The notes beneath the pieces were generated by a model. It was not told the origin of the DNA and made no database searches. It worked only from the letters and a program-made list of their open reading frames with translations. Both the position numbers and the translations under genes were made by a program. This document shows positions 26,001 through 38,900 of a stretch of DNA of 61,979 nt, piece after piece; position 1 is the stretch's first letter; each line of letters opens with the position of its first letter. Location: positions 879,695-941,673 of the forward strand of contig NW_014577084.1 in assembly GCF_000485595.1 (NCBI RefSeq), read 5' to 3'. The DNA is from Priapulus caudatus. Lineage: Eukaryota.

Positions 26001-26943
26001 TCAGCTGCCTGTGGTGATTCATAGCAGCGTGCCTCTGTACATATGTGGGCACATACACGCGCCGGCCGATCAGCTGCATTTGTCGGTCACCTTTATACGA
26101 GGTTCACCTGATACACTGCCGTTGTGTTGATTGACAACCGATCATGTGCAAGCTCGAGTTTGAAGTGGGTCGATCGCTTCTCCATTTCAAAATACGTGGG
26201 TTGTGGATGGGTCAAACTCAGTCACAGCAACTTTGTCGTCGGCTATCTATTGTCTCGTATCACGACATGTGAATTTCCAGACACTCCGCCAGAAGCTTGC
26301 ATCGTAACATGAGACGAGAGTTTTTTTAAATGCATTGTGATTAGTCCTTTGACTCATTGCTAAGTTATATACCCAAATGTGTGCGTGGACTGGGCAGTCT
26401 CTGGTATGAGGCGTGTACGTATTAGGCTGAGATATTCGAGAAATGTTGCGATGGACAGTGTTACTATATAGCCCGTGCACTTACTTTGCGATGGAAACCT
26501 ATGCATGGTACCGCAGATCACAGAGGGGTCTTCTTCTTCTCGGGTCACTACACTACACTTGGTCTAGCCACTGCAGCACACAGGACCTGGCACGGTGGTT
26601 GAAAGCCTCAAGGTCACCAGGGCTACAGGGCTCTGGTAATTGGGGGCATTTCAGGAGATGTCCCATAGTCTGGTCCTCCCCGCAGTAGCATTCGGTTGGG
26701 CCATCTTCAGTGTATCCCCATTTCTGCATGAGTGCCCTGCATCGACCAACAGAGGGGTCATTCCCGATTGATTCGTCAGTGTAATATACGTGACCTACGA
26801 GTATAATAATAAATACTACTACTGAGCTATGATTGATAAACGCTTCACATGTCTGCTTGCAGCGTGTGCGTTTGTTTTATCGTACGAGTAGCTTAGGGGA
26901 GCATAGCGTACAGAAGCAGAGTGGCCTTGCCGCTGCAGCTGTG

Positions 26944-26975
<32 letters not shown>

Positions 26976-29900
26976 TGCTTGTGTGGGATTAGATTGCACT
27001 CGTGGTTTACGCGTGTGCAGTAGTAGTACTAGCATGTGTATATATATAATATAGACACATAATCACACATATATATATATACATAGTATATGTATATATA
27101 TATACAGGGGTAGAAATTAACTTGAACAAGGGAGTCCAACGCCCCCCTCCCCCACAAGGGAGTCCAACGGAAAAAGAGGGAGTCCGCAGCAAAATGAGGG
27201 AGTTCGTAGTCTGAAGTTCCAAATTAAAGATTTGCTGAAAAAATATGGTAATTCTGCGAGGCCGTGCGCTGGAACAAACTAGTTAGTATAGCAGAATTTT
27301 CAGGGAGTCACACGGACTCCTGCATATGTCAAATCAGGGAGTCCGCTCTGGAATGAACTAGTTAGTATAGCAGAATTTTCAGGGAGTCACACGGACTCCT
27401 GCATATGTCAAATCAGGGAGTCCGACAGTAAATCAGGGAGTATTTGACTCTGGACTCGCGTTAATTTCGCACCCTGTATATATGAGTGAGTCGGCAGTGA
27501 CACGTAGTCTCTGCAGGCAGTTGCTGCAGTAATTGCGCAGGGCCACCGCGTCCAGGATTAATCACGCCACAGGTGTGCGTACAATTTCACTTGCATTTTC
27601 AGAAATTAAATAAATTGCACAATTCATTGTTGTGCGCATGAAAAAGCGTTAGCGCAGTGGTCTTTACTGAACGCTGTTTTAATTTGTGAGTGAATAATTT
27701 CGTTGAGATTTGAAACTTGCTACGGTTACAAAGGGATTTTTTTAGCATTGACGACTAAGAATCAACCCCCACATCCCAATATGTCAGCTATGTGATCTAT
27801 ATATATACCATCAAGAGCAGATAAAGAAGGAGAGCGTACAACGGTAAAATGCTGAAACCATGCTGCAGTATTAGTCGAATTAATAAACTTTTCCCGTTTT
27901 ATTTTGACGATCCTTTGCAGTATCATTGATTAGCTGTCTTACCTTGTTCATATAAAACAAACCGCATGTCCCTACGATGCCCCTACGCTGAGATAATGAG
28001 CGGTGAAAATCTGGTATTTTCGCCGAAACCCGACTAGACATTAGTCAGAGCTGCGACTATCTCTCGAAGTGTTTATAACTTCGGGAAACCTCGCGTGTCC
28101 CGAATGACGTCTGTTATTGATTGCCATAGTGATGACCCCCACCTGTGCCCACCTCACGCCCACCTCACGCTGGATGTATAGTAAACTCTGGTAGTATTAC
28201 GTGAGTCAGCGCCACTATCGCGCTACACAGCGGCGACCGGAAGCAACACACTGGAATCACTTCGCGAGAGAGACGCAGCTCTGACTAATGTCTAGTCGGG
28301 TTTCGGCGAAAATACCAGATTTTCACCGCTCATTATCTCAGCGTAGGGGCATCGTAGGGACATGCGGCTTGTTTTATATGAACAAGGTAAGACAGCTAAT
28401 CAATAATACTGCAAAGGATCGTCAGAATAAAACGGGAAAAGTTTATTAATTTGACTAATACTGCAGCATGGTTTTAGCATTTTACCGTTGTACGCTCTCC
28501 TTCTTTATCTGCTCTTGATACCATTTAGGGAACAAAGGATACCATAAATAGTGTCATGCAGAGTCTGATTAAGATTTGAGGTCAGTGTACAGAATCAAGA
28601 GGCATCTCACCAGTCTATGGCCAACGGTCTATGGTAGGTCTGTGAGAAGATTGCCTGGACACTGGGCGTGTTCTTGGTGTCATTCGCATTAGCTATATAG
28701 TGGGGAATTCTTTGCTATAATTGGGATAACAACAGCCAAATAGGGAAACCTAATACATAATGGTTAGTATATGGTTTTTGTAACATCTGGTTAGATTTAA
28801 TGGCATTTCAGGTTGGAATAGTTTTTTTTAAACATTACAACTGTAACATATGATTTACAGATGTTACATAAATTAGTTAGAGACGCGGAGTGCGGCTAGC
28901 CTCAGGGTTGTTTTGGTGACAGAGCGTCGCGCATCTTGTGCGGCTAGATTGATGTTATAGGGAGAATGGTAAACGTGTTTTAGGTCGGGCGTTTCTGGGG
29001 TCATTGTGAAATGGAGGTAGGACGCGGTCTGGGAGAACGGGTGACATGTGCGCTCAGGATGTAGGGGTTTTGGGGGTAATATATAATATAAGACAGCGAT
29101 GTAAGAGTCGGGGGTCTGGTTGTGGTCGCGGGAGTAAGCACACGCGCTTAGGCGCGTGTGCGCGTGTCTTTGTCTCTCTATGCAAGATGTGACCACACTG
29201 TGTGCAAGTTATTATAGTTTATTCAGTTTTTATTACACAAGTTTGAATTCCTTCTTTCATCATTTCTACATAAAACAATAATTAAACGTTACACAACCAT
29301 CGAGAGCGTTATAGACACTGGTTAGTAAAAAACGCATCTGTGCGGCCAATGCTGACCGATGTGTATATATGTCGACATTCGATCATATTCATTGTGAACA
29401 ATTTTTGTGAGTTTGTTTATTCTTGTCACTATAGTGATCTGACTTCCTGCCATCATAAATATGTTTTGGGAGATCAGAGCAGACTGGGCATATAGGGGGG
29501 GGGGGAAATTCAATTAAATCAATTCTGGTTACACTACTCCATTATATGGAGTGATATCTTGGAAACCTAAAAGTTTACTCCGTTTAATTAATTCTGTCGG
29601 TGTACGTATGCGGTCGATCGATGAATTAGCGTTATTTGGAATTTGCATTGTCTCTGCATACATATACGTACATAATACGTTAGAACTGTTTTCGATACGT
29701 AGTACACGATGAGGAATGTATACGATATGAGAAATCAAAGGCCTGTGGCTCAAGATGCAACTCACGCAGCAGTACAGCAGTGAATGCAGGCGATGTTCTA
29801 GCAGCTTCAGTATCCGCAGCGGCATCAGCTTCAGCATCGACAGCAGAGCGAAAGCTGAGAGAGCTAGCTGCGAAGATCAATAGCAGCTGCGGCCGGTGCT

Positions 29901-32900
29901 CTCTTAAACTGTTATTACTGTAGCCGTTGTCAGTGAATCGCAAGCAAACGCTTGTAGCGAGCTTTCTCATTTAATTCTGTATGCACGGGTCGCAAAGCCT
30001 GAAGCGTGTGTCAGCTGGTGAGGCGTAGAACACCTATTGGAGGAGGACGGTCACAGACATTTAGTAGCAAAGGAAGGTTAGTAAGCGGAGTGGAACATGA
30101 TATGCCTTATATATAAATAGGCTTATATTGTATGTATCTGACCATAGTGGCTGAAAGGAGAAGTGCAGAATAAATGTTCTGCTAAAAGCATTTTCACTCT
30201 AGTTCATGCCGTAGTCGTATTGGGTAAAACTAGGTATATAATAATAATATACATATAACTATAAGTTGATGTTATCTGACACTTGCCATGTTATAGTTTC
30301 TCTCTACTACCCAGCCAAAGCTTGGTGGTATTCATCATCCACTTGTGCGAGATTGTAGAAATTGCGTGACCTACTAATGAAATTCAGTGGAGAGTAATGG
30401 GAATGAAACCTGCGTGAAATCAAGGATTTCGCTCCCGGTCTCTCAAATCAATACGTATACTTGAGCAGCAGGCTTGCGAGACATTATCCAGCCCACGTGT
30501 ATGTGTGAAACAGCCAGCAAGTGGCAATTGGAATTATTGTTTTCGTAATTGACATACTCAACATTGCTGGTGGTATTCGTGTGGATGTACGAACATTCTG
30601 CCTATTAGGTGACAGTATAGACTTGCAGATGCTTTCTGAGAAAGCTTACATTGTCCATTATATCGTTCTCTCCCTATATCCTGTCATTTTTGTCATTTCT
30701 CCTTTCCCTCGTTGTTCACTCTCTTGTCTATCTCTTAAAACGTATACGATTTCATCCTCCCACTTTCTTTCTACCCTCTCTGGCACTCAGCAATGTTTCT
30801 CGTTTCCACTGCCCTCCGTAGGTGGTGGAGTCACCTTGTATGTGCAATGATTCCTGTAGTTTCCTGTTGCAGCAGACAAGGTGATTTCGTGAAGCCGGTT
30901 GCCTATAATTATTTTTCTCTCCTCCGGTAATTGGCAACAGATTCTGAACATGAACCGTTTGATTAGTGTTTGACTAGCTCGGTACAAGCCACCGTGCAAT
31001 ACGTGACCGCTTCTTGAAGCTCTACAGTCGTGGTTTACCTTTGAACTCAGAGTCCTTTGAGCTCAATACAGCCAAGGTTCATATAATCCACAGCGTTCCC
31101 CATGTATGGTATCTTCTCATTTGACCAGTTACGTTTCATGCTGTCTGATTTTCTGCTGTATGGAATGTTTGTCCGTAGTCATTCGATAGAATGGGTGATG
31201 TTATGCCCAACTGTTTGGTTACAAACTGTTTGTGCTCGAACATTTGCACTGCAGACGTAACAGCTTGCCTTGGTGGCACTGCTGTAATGGTTTCTAGTAT
31301 TCTGAGGTTCTATGGTTCTCCTGAGTATTACTATTACGCATAGATGTGTGTCTGCCTCCAAAATGTATCAACAGTATGACTCGTGATCAATATCTACGTT
31401 TGATTCATCTGGATAATTTCAGCACATGCCGATTTTCTCTGGCAACGCCCAGTTCATTTGAGAAAATGCCAATTAAATATGGAACCTGCCTTGTATAGTT
31501 GGATATATGGTTCCATGGGCAACTCGTCACAACCCTTATTCTTTTTGACAATGTTAACTTGGAATATGTTATGTTGCGGTGAGATTGCTAAATTGATTGC
31601 ACGGCAGATTGGTTCGTAAGAATAACAGTCTCGGGTTCTAAGTTAGTAGATATATCTAGTAGTATATATATCTATCGTTGTATTCGTGAAGGCAGATCTT
31701 CGAAGCGCACGGCAAGCAGCTAGTAACTCGTTGGTCGCGATGTGTGAAACACTGACTTTGTTTCCTCTGAGGGATTCCCTCATTGATTAGCCTGCAGCTG
31801 TTGTGGGTGCGTACACGTGTGCTGTGTGCACGCGTCGCAATGGGAATGTAGACGCGATATTTGGAAAGATTGAAGAGACTGGGAATCGTGTTAACTATAT
31901 GATAAACTCGTGATCTATACCTTGTGTATGCATTGCTTTCTTTTATCACCTATCTATAATGAGTATTTATTTACAGTTGAGATGTGATGTTTAGTCGTGT
32001 GCTTATGATACTGTTGTTTACTAGAATCTTCACATATCTGCCTGTAATCAGCGATAAAACATACCACATATACTTACATGTCAGAAATCTAACGATTTGC
32101 TGTCAATATATCACATGGCATTCTATTTTGTTAAATTTCAGATTCCTTGATCTGTACGAAAAGGTGAACTTCCTTGGAGAGGACCCCGCAGATGAGGATG
32201 ACGATTATGAGAGTCGGAAAACAAAGGGACCCTCACTGGTTGACCAGGTGTCCATGGTGTACAGGAAAGAGCATCACACCATACCAGGTAAGTAAGAATA
32301 ACAAGCGAGAAAGCTAGAATGAGTGCCACTGAATACTCACTCCACAGTGAAACCGTTAGACGGCACAGCATATTACTGCTGTGTATATAGAGAAGGCAGT
32401 CTCTTGACTCTTGCTAACTGATTGTGCATAGCTGGTTGTGATACTTACCAGGAAGCAAGCTGTACTGGCAACTAATATACCAGCCTGTGTATGTAGCATT
32501 TCTTATGCCTGGCAGTTATTCATTCTTATGTGTTTGAGGTTCTTTTGCTAAACAGATGTTTTAGTTTCTCCGACGACAGAAGAAATTCCCTCAAAACTTT
32601 TGTGTTTTATAACCATTTTAGTTCCATCGCACATTACGACTGTAAGTTGCAAAAACAATGTCATCGGATAGGAAATGCGGGTAGTCATAATCGTTCGCAC
32701 AATAGACCATAACCTAATCCACGCGTAGGTGTTTGTGCCTCTCTCTGCATAATACTACAGAGTGGAGTCGGCAGCTTCCGATTTCGGTACTTGCTATGCA
32801 GCTATCAACATCGTATTTCTCTTGCCTGTTTGCTGTGCAGGGTCTTCTGAAAGCTGTAGTTACACAGTAAAGGTGTGTGGAAGTGGTGGTTAGCAAACTG

Positions 32901-35900
32901 ATCGACGCTTGCGTGTACTATACCTTTAAACGCAAATTGCCCCCCCCCACCCTGTAAACGGATTATACCAGCATGTTCGCTGGCGGAGAATCGCGCAGCA
33001 TTGCCTACCTGTGAAGCGTATGTTGTGTTAGTGATTGGCACGAATGACCACATGGTATCGCGCACACGCAGCGGTAGCAGCGTTATATCTATGCTGAGAT
33101 AACACACGACCTGTGATGTAGGCTGTAGCTCTAGTTAAAAAGCGGTGTCTCCGACTCTCGCTGTAATGCTTTATCGCGTGTTATATCACTGCCACGCTTC
33201 GTCAACCGAGTTGATTCTCGTCACATGGAATCTCGTTCATAGCTGCCAACGTCCACCGTGCGTGCTGCTGATATTAGTGCAATGTTTCTTCTTGTTTTGG
33301 ATTAGGAGCAGTGATATTTGTAGGCGCATGCTCGGGTGCCGGTGGGGTTGTTGTTAAATGTAAATGTAAGATTAACAATAGCAGTTAGCTAGATGGTGAA
33401 TGATGTTACATTTACATCACAAGAACGTGTAACATATTTTGGTCCGATGTGGACTGAATTGACTTCTGTGTGAAGACTGATGTGTTTTCATGATTGCAAA
33501 ATAGTATTAGCGAGGTCACACAACTAACAGTAACACGTTCCGTGTGTATATATCCGTACGCAGGTGTGAAATCGGTCACATTAAAGAATTCAATGTGATT
33601 ACCGAGGCGACAGGGGTTCATAGGTTCCAGGAAACGCAATTCTTATCGATCTTGATTTAGAAGCTCACCATTCACCGTACAGAGAGAGAGAGGGGAATCG
33701 TTGGATTAAATTATTCAACAAAATACAGCTACCCGTATGGCAAGCTAGTATGATCAGTTATCCTATCGATGATAAACTTAACCTTTATTATTGCCATTTC
33801 TTTTTATTCCCAGTGACTAATTTATTTTGTATTATTGTTTGCAATGTGAAGAACTCATAATCAACTCGTTTGTAACAACGTTCAATAACAGTGTATAACG
33901 CTCAAATTAGCCCCCCCCCCTCATTTCCACTTTTAGAGTATTGTGTATATTACATATATATATTATATATATATATATTTTTCATTTGTATGCTTTCTCT
34001 GTGTGATTCTAAGTTACATTTGCTTCATTCGTGGGGCTTCATTTGTAGCAAGCACGCACTATTAATTCGTGATTTATCCGGTGTGCGAAACTGTATGTAG
34101 ATGAGGGTATTCACGTCAGACTGTGCGTGGTGAAGCGTAGTTTATAGCGTTATACCGTATAATCGGTGTTTGAGATATGTAGCGAGAGAGTGAAGGATAG
34201 GTGAGGTGGAAGAAAATAATAGGTTCTGTTAAGCTGAAAGTATGTGGCAGGTACTCCTCTTCCTCTTCTATTGCTTTCTCTTCCTCCTCTTTCCCTCCTT
34301 CTCTTCTTCATCGTTGCCATCGTCATCACCGCTGTCTTCTTCTTTTCCCCATTCTCCTGTTTTTCATCCTAGTGAAAAGCTAAGAGTTTAAGAATCGTAA
34401 CGTACGTATGCGGATGCTCAGTCGCTGTTGTCGTTGCAGACACCCTGCGCAGTTTCCACGGACTCAGCATGGAGTTTGCGAAACTCAGCCAGTACGACAA
34501 GCTCATCTATTCGCTCATGTCCGGTCTGCCGAACGAAGTGGACTTCGCGCTGAACGTGTGCGTGCTGCTGTCGAACGAGGGGAAGCACGTGCTGCGGTTG
34601 CAGCGGTGTCCCCGGCTGCTGGACCTGCTGCTAGCTCACGCCGGCATCTTCGCCGAGGGAGCGGCAACGCTGCAGAGCGTCTACGAGAGCTGGCGAGCCC
34701 TGACACATCGCCAGTTCGTACGGGTGAGTGTGTCTGTCGTGCGTGCTGGCCGTGCTGGTGTTTTGAAAGTGATCATTGAAAACGTAGGTGTATTTACCTT
34801 GGCGATTTGAGCACCCAGGTTCATCACCCAGCGTGTGGCTGGTGACAATGGTGTGGCCGTTGCTATATATATATATAATTATTATTATTATATATATATA
34901 TATATATATTATATCTGGTTGGTCTGAGACTACGGGTGTAAGAATTTTATCGTGTAATTTTACTCATAATGATTTTGATAGTTGCGTGTATATGAATTAT
35001 TATATTTATGATATTTGTATGTTCTGATAAAATGTCCTGTAATGGCATATATCGTTTGATATTGTTTTCTGTAAACCCAGTTCAACATTATTATTTCATT
35101 TTCAAAAGGGCTTTGGTAATATATGTATGCTAATGTTGAAAATTGGTGCTATTACGATTATATTTTCGCATATCCCGTGTGTTCATTTGGATGTTTCAAT
35201 GGTTATTAAAATAATGCGGCCTGATCACCTAGCAGATGCCCATAATTTCGCCTTGCCCGTAAGAATTATGTGCCAAGTGGTCATATTTGTCATTGGTTCC
35301 CGAATTAAATGTGTTCTAATTATATTGACCACCCACAACTTTTCCAGCTGGTTACTTTAAACCCAAACAATAGACATAATACGCAAACTGTTCACTGTGC
35401 AATATTTCAATTACTTAGAACCAGCAAAGAAGGGAAACATTATTATTTATATGCAATCAACGTATAATCAAAGTGAAAAATTAAACTGTTGAATAATTTG
35501 GATACTGTTCTTGAAAATATTGTGTTGTTCAAATCATGAACTCTCTTGATAAATAACGAACGTTTAAACATGTTGATTTCAAAAGGGCGGCAGACATTTT
35601 GTTCAACCGTTACTGGGCATATGTAATCCATGTAAAATAGTTTAATATGGAAGCAAGTTGTAGGGAAAATGAAATCGTACCTGTTCGCAGCCAGGTACTG
35701 AGGTAGTTGAATGCCAGCTCGTTACAGGTGCGCACGTACGCCATATGTTTACGAGTGTAAATTACTACTGTGATGCTTTGTTCAGTGTTGCTACTCAGCC
35801 AGCCATTTTGATGCTATGAGTAGACCGTCTAGAGCAGTTAACGTAGAAATCGTTGAGAATTGAGATCTTGCCGTATGCGCAATTGGTGTCGTATCGTGTG

Positions 35901-38900
35901 GATTGCACACGTTCAGCAGCGTGCTGCTGCTAGTGCGTGAGAGGGAGGGAGTGTTTATGTTGTCTTGGTGAGTGTGTACGCTAGGACAGTGCATGCTGTA
36001 CGTGATTATTGAATAATGGCGGCCAGCGGACGACTGCTGCCAATAACCTCAGCAGTGTATGTTGTGCCATCTGGTGGCACGAAACGTTAAATTTCGAGAT
36101 GGTAAACAGAACCGAAGTGTATGTTGTTACGAAACGCCCTTTTCAGTGACTTCACTGCCACGTTCTATTTTGTTTCAGTTCTGGTACGATACGGTCAAGG
36201 ATGAAGGTATCAGAGAGCTAATACCATTACTCGTGAATAAAGGTAGGTAACGTAACTGTGGTCGTGCTACATCAATTCATTTGTTCCTTTTTATTTCTGT
36301 ATGTGTTAATACACATGCATGCGTACATACATACATACATACATACATACGTGCATACGTACATACGTATATACGTACATACATACATACGTGCATACAT
36401 GCATGTACTCGCACTCACACTTTATACATTTAAACCTTATGGGGGTTCATGCACATTGTTGGGTGTTGCAGATGGAGAGAGTCTGGAGGATAGCCCTGGT
36501 GATGAGCTGTTTACATTGTCACGAAATTATGGGGTTCATGACACCGAGGGACAGCGCATCGAACAGATAGTAGTCATACTGCGCAACCTGTCCTTTGAGA
36601 ATGGGAACATTCCAGTGATGGCATGCAATTCTTCGTGCATAAGGTAGATCTTTATGATGCCTCGTGTTTCCAGTGGTAGCAGAGTGTGCCTGCATCCTTC
36701 ATATTATCTCTGTATTTATTAAATTGCTAGTTACACTATTTACCTCCTAAGATTTATCTTTTTAAATTATACTATAGTGTCAACATGGGAATTATCTCAT
36801 TGCAATTTTACATTGTTTGAGTAAGCATGCTTATATGGTGTGTGGGCATGATAATAAAGGGGTTATTCTTGGATATAATATAATTGGGATAATGGAGATG
36901 TTTTTATTTCAATGAGGTTATGAAAATATGGAAATAAAAGTGCACCCTGTCATCGTGTGTTTCATTTCTGAACATGTTTTGTTGCCTTTCTCGTAGGTTT
37001 CTCTTGTTGTGTGCGCACTGCAGTTGGTCAACATTAAGGCAGATGGCGCTGGATACATTAGCGAATCTGGCCAGGCAGCTGGAACTGGAGCCGATTGAGG
37101 TCCTAAACACCCAGCTTCTGTTCCGAACGATTGCATGCTGTGTATCCTCAGCAGACAAGTTTGAAACAATACGAGGTAAAAAACAGAATGTTAGTTTGCC
37201 TTAGTATCCAGTAAGTTTCTTAGCCAGTTTTTGTAAAAGTGGGTCTCATGGTGTGTTTAATGTGTTAGACGATGCTTGTGGACCTTGATTTATAATTTGC
37301 TTAGCAGTAGTTTGTTTGATTTTGTTGATGTGTTTGTGATGGTGTGTTTTGAATTATGTTTACATTGTTTCATGCACAAATTTTTGCTTTGCCAAGTGTT
37401 GTTGTCGTATGAACACTGGTGCTTTTTTCACAATGATATTAATTGTAGAGGGCCAACCAAAAGGTGCGAAATACTCTGCAATTGTTGTAAAATATTGTAA
37501 TGTATGTATGTGTATATATTATATATACATATATTTAATTGTATCCCCCGCGACGAAGTCGGCGGGTATACTATGGTTTCATGTCTGTCCAGCCGCCGCC
37601 GCCGCAGACATTTTCTCTTACGCTCTATAACTCGACCCCTAATTGACCTAGCGTGACCAAACATAGTCTACTTACACATCTTGGGCAGAAGGTGCGCAGC
37701 ATACCAAAACCAGGTCACTACAACCTTTATTTGACCTTTACCTTGACCTTGATCATATTTCCCTTCCGCTCTATAACTCGGCCCCTAATTGACCTAGCGC
37801 TACCAAACTTGGTATACTTACACATCTTGGGGAGAAGGTGCGCAGCGTACCAAAACCAGGTCACTACGACCTTTATTTGACCTTGATCATATTTCCCTTC
37901 CGCTCTATAACTCGGCCCCTAATTGACCTGGCGCTACCAAACTTGGTATACTTACACATCTTGGGGAGAAGGTGTGTCGCGTACCAAAACCAGGTCACTG
38001 CGACCTTTATTTGACCTTGACCTTGACCTTGATCATATTTCCCTTCCGCTCTATAACTCGGCCCCTAATTTACCTAGCGCTACCAAACTTGGTATACTTA
38101 CACATCTTGGGGAGAATGTGTGTCGCGTACCAAAACCACGTCACTGCGGCTTTTATTTGACCTTGACCTTGATCATAGGCCCCTAATTGACCTAGCGCGA
38201 GCAAACTTTGTATACTTACACATCTTGGGGAGAAGGTGTGTCGCGTACCAAAACCCTTAAGGCAACCAATTTTAACATACTTGCACATCTCTGGCAAATG
38301 AGTTGTGTAACAAACCGTTGTCTTTGTGACTTATTTAACTTTACCTACCTTCTACGTCCTTACAGAGATATTTCATTCATACTAGATCACGGGGGATACG
38401 TGTAGTTGGCGACAACTTCCCTTTCTAGTTATAAGATTGTTTTTATAACTCTAGGAATGGAGGTTCTGGCCAACTTGTGTCTACACGAGTTGAACGAAGA
38501 AACGATCGTGGGCAACGTTGATGAGTGGGTGTACAGGAAGATCTGCCTCATGCTGACTGTGCACGATATCATGCTCATAGTTTACACACTAGAGGTGCTC
38601 TACCAGCTGTCCGAGCTTGGAGAGGCGACATGTACGAACATCGCCAGCGTACACAAATCTGTGGGTGCGTGACTCTGAGTTTATGGTTTCATATTTAGGG
38701 GAATCATCATGAATTATCATTTTCAGAAACAAAATTAGTCTTAGCATTGGTTTTCAACGTAGCAATTCGTAACTTCACCATGATTCTGTCAGGGGTCTGT
38801 AAGAAAAAGTTAATGTTAAAATAACTATTAAGACCAATTTTGTTTCTGATAATGGGCCCCGAGATTTCATTTATAGATTGATGATAGAGGAGCTGTAGGG

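Noticed and set aside
11388..32141. Nested protein-coding gene or conserved miRNA cluster in intron 3
   Set aside because: The short ORFs are microsatellite- or repeat-derived, and I recognised no conserved mature miRNA by eye; this was not an exhaustive search.
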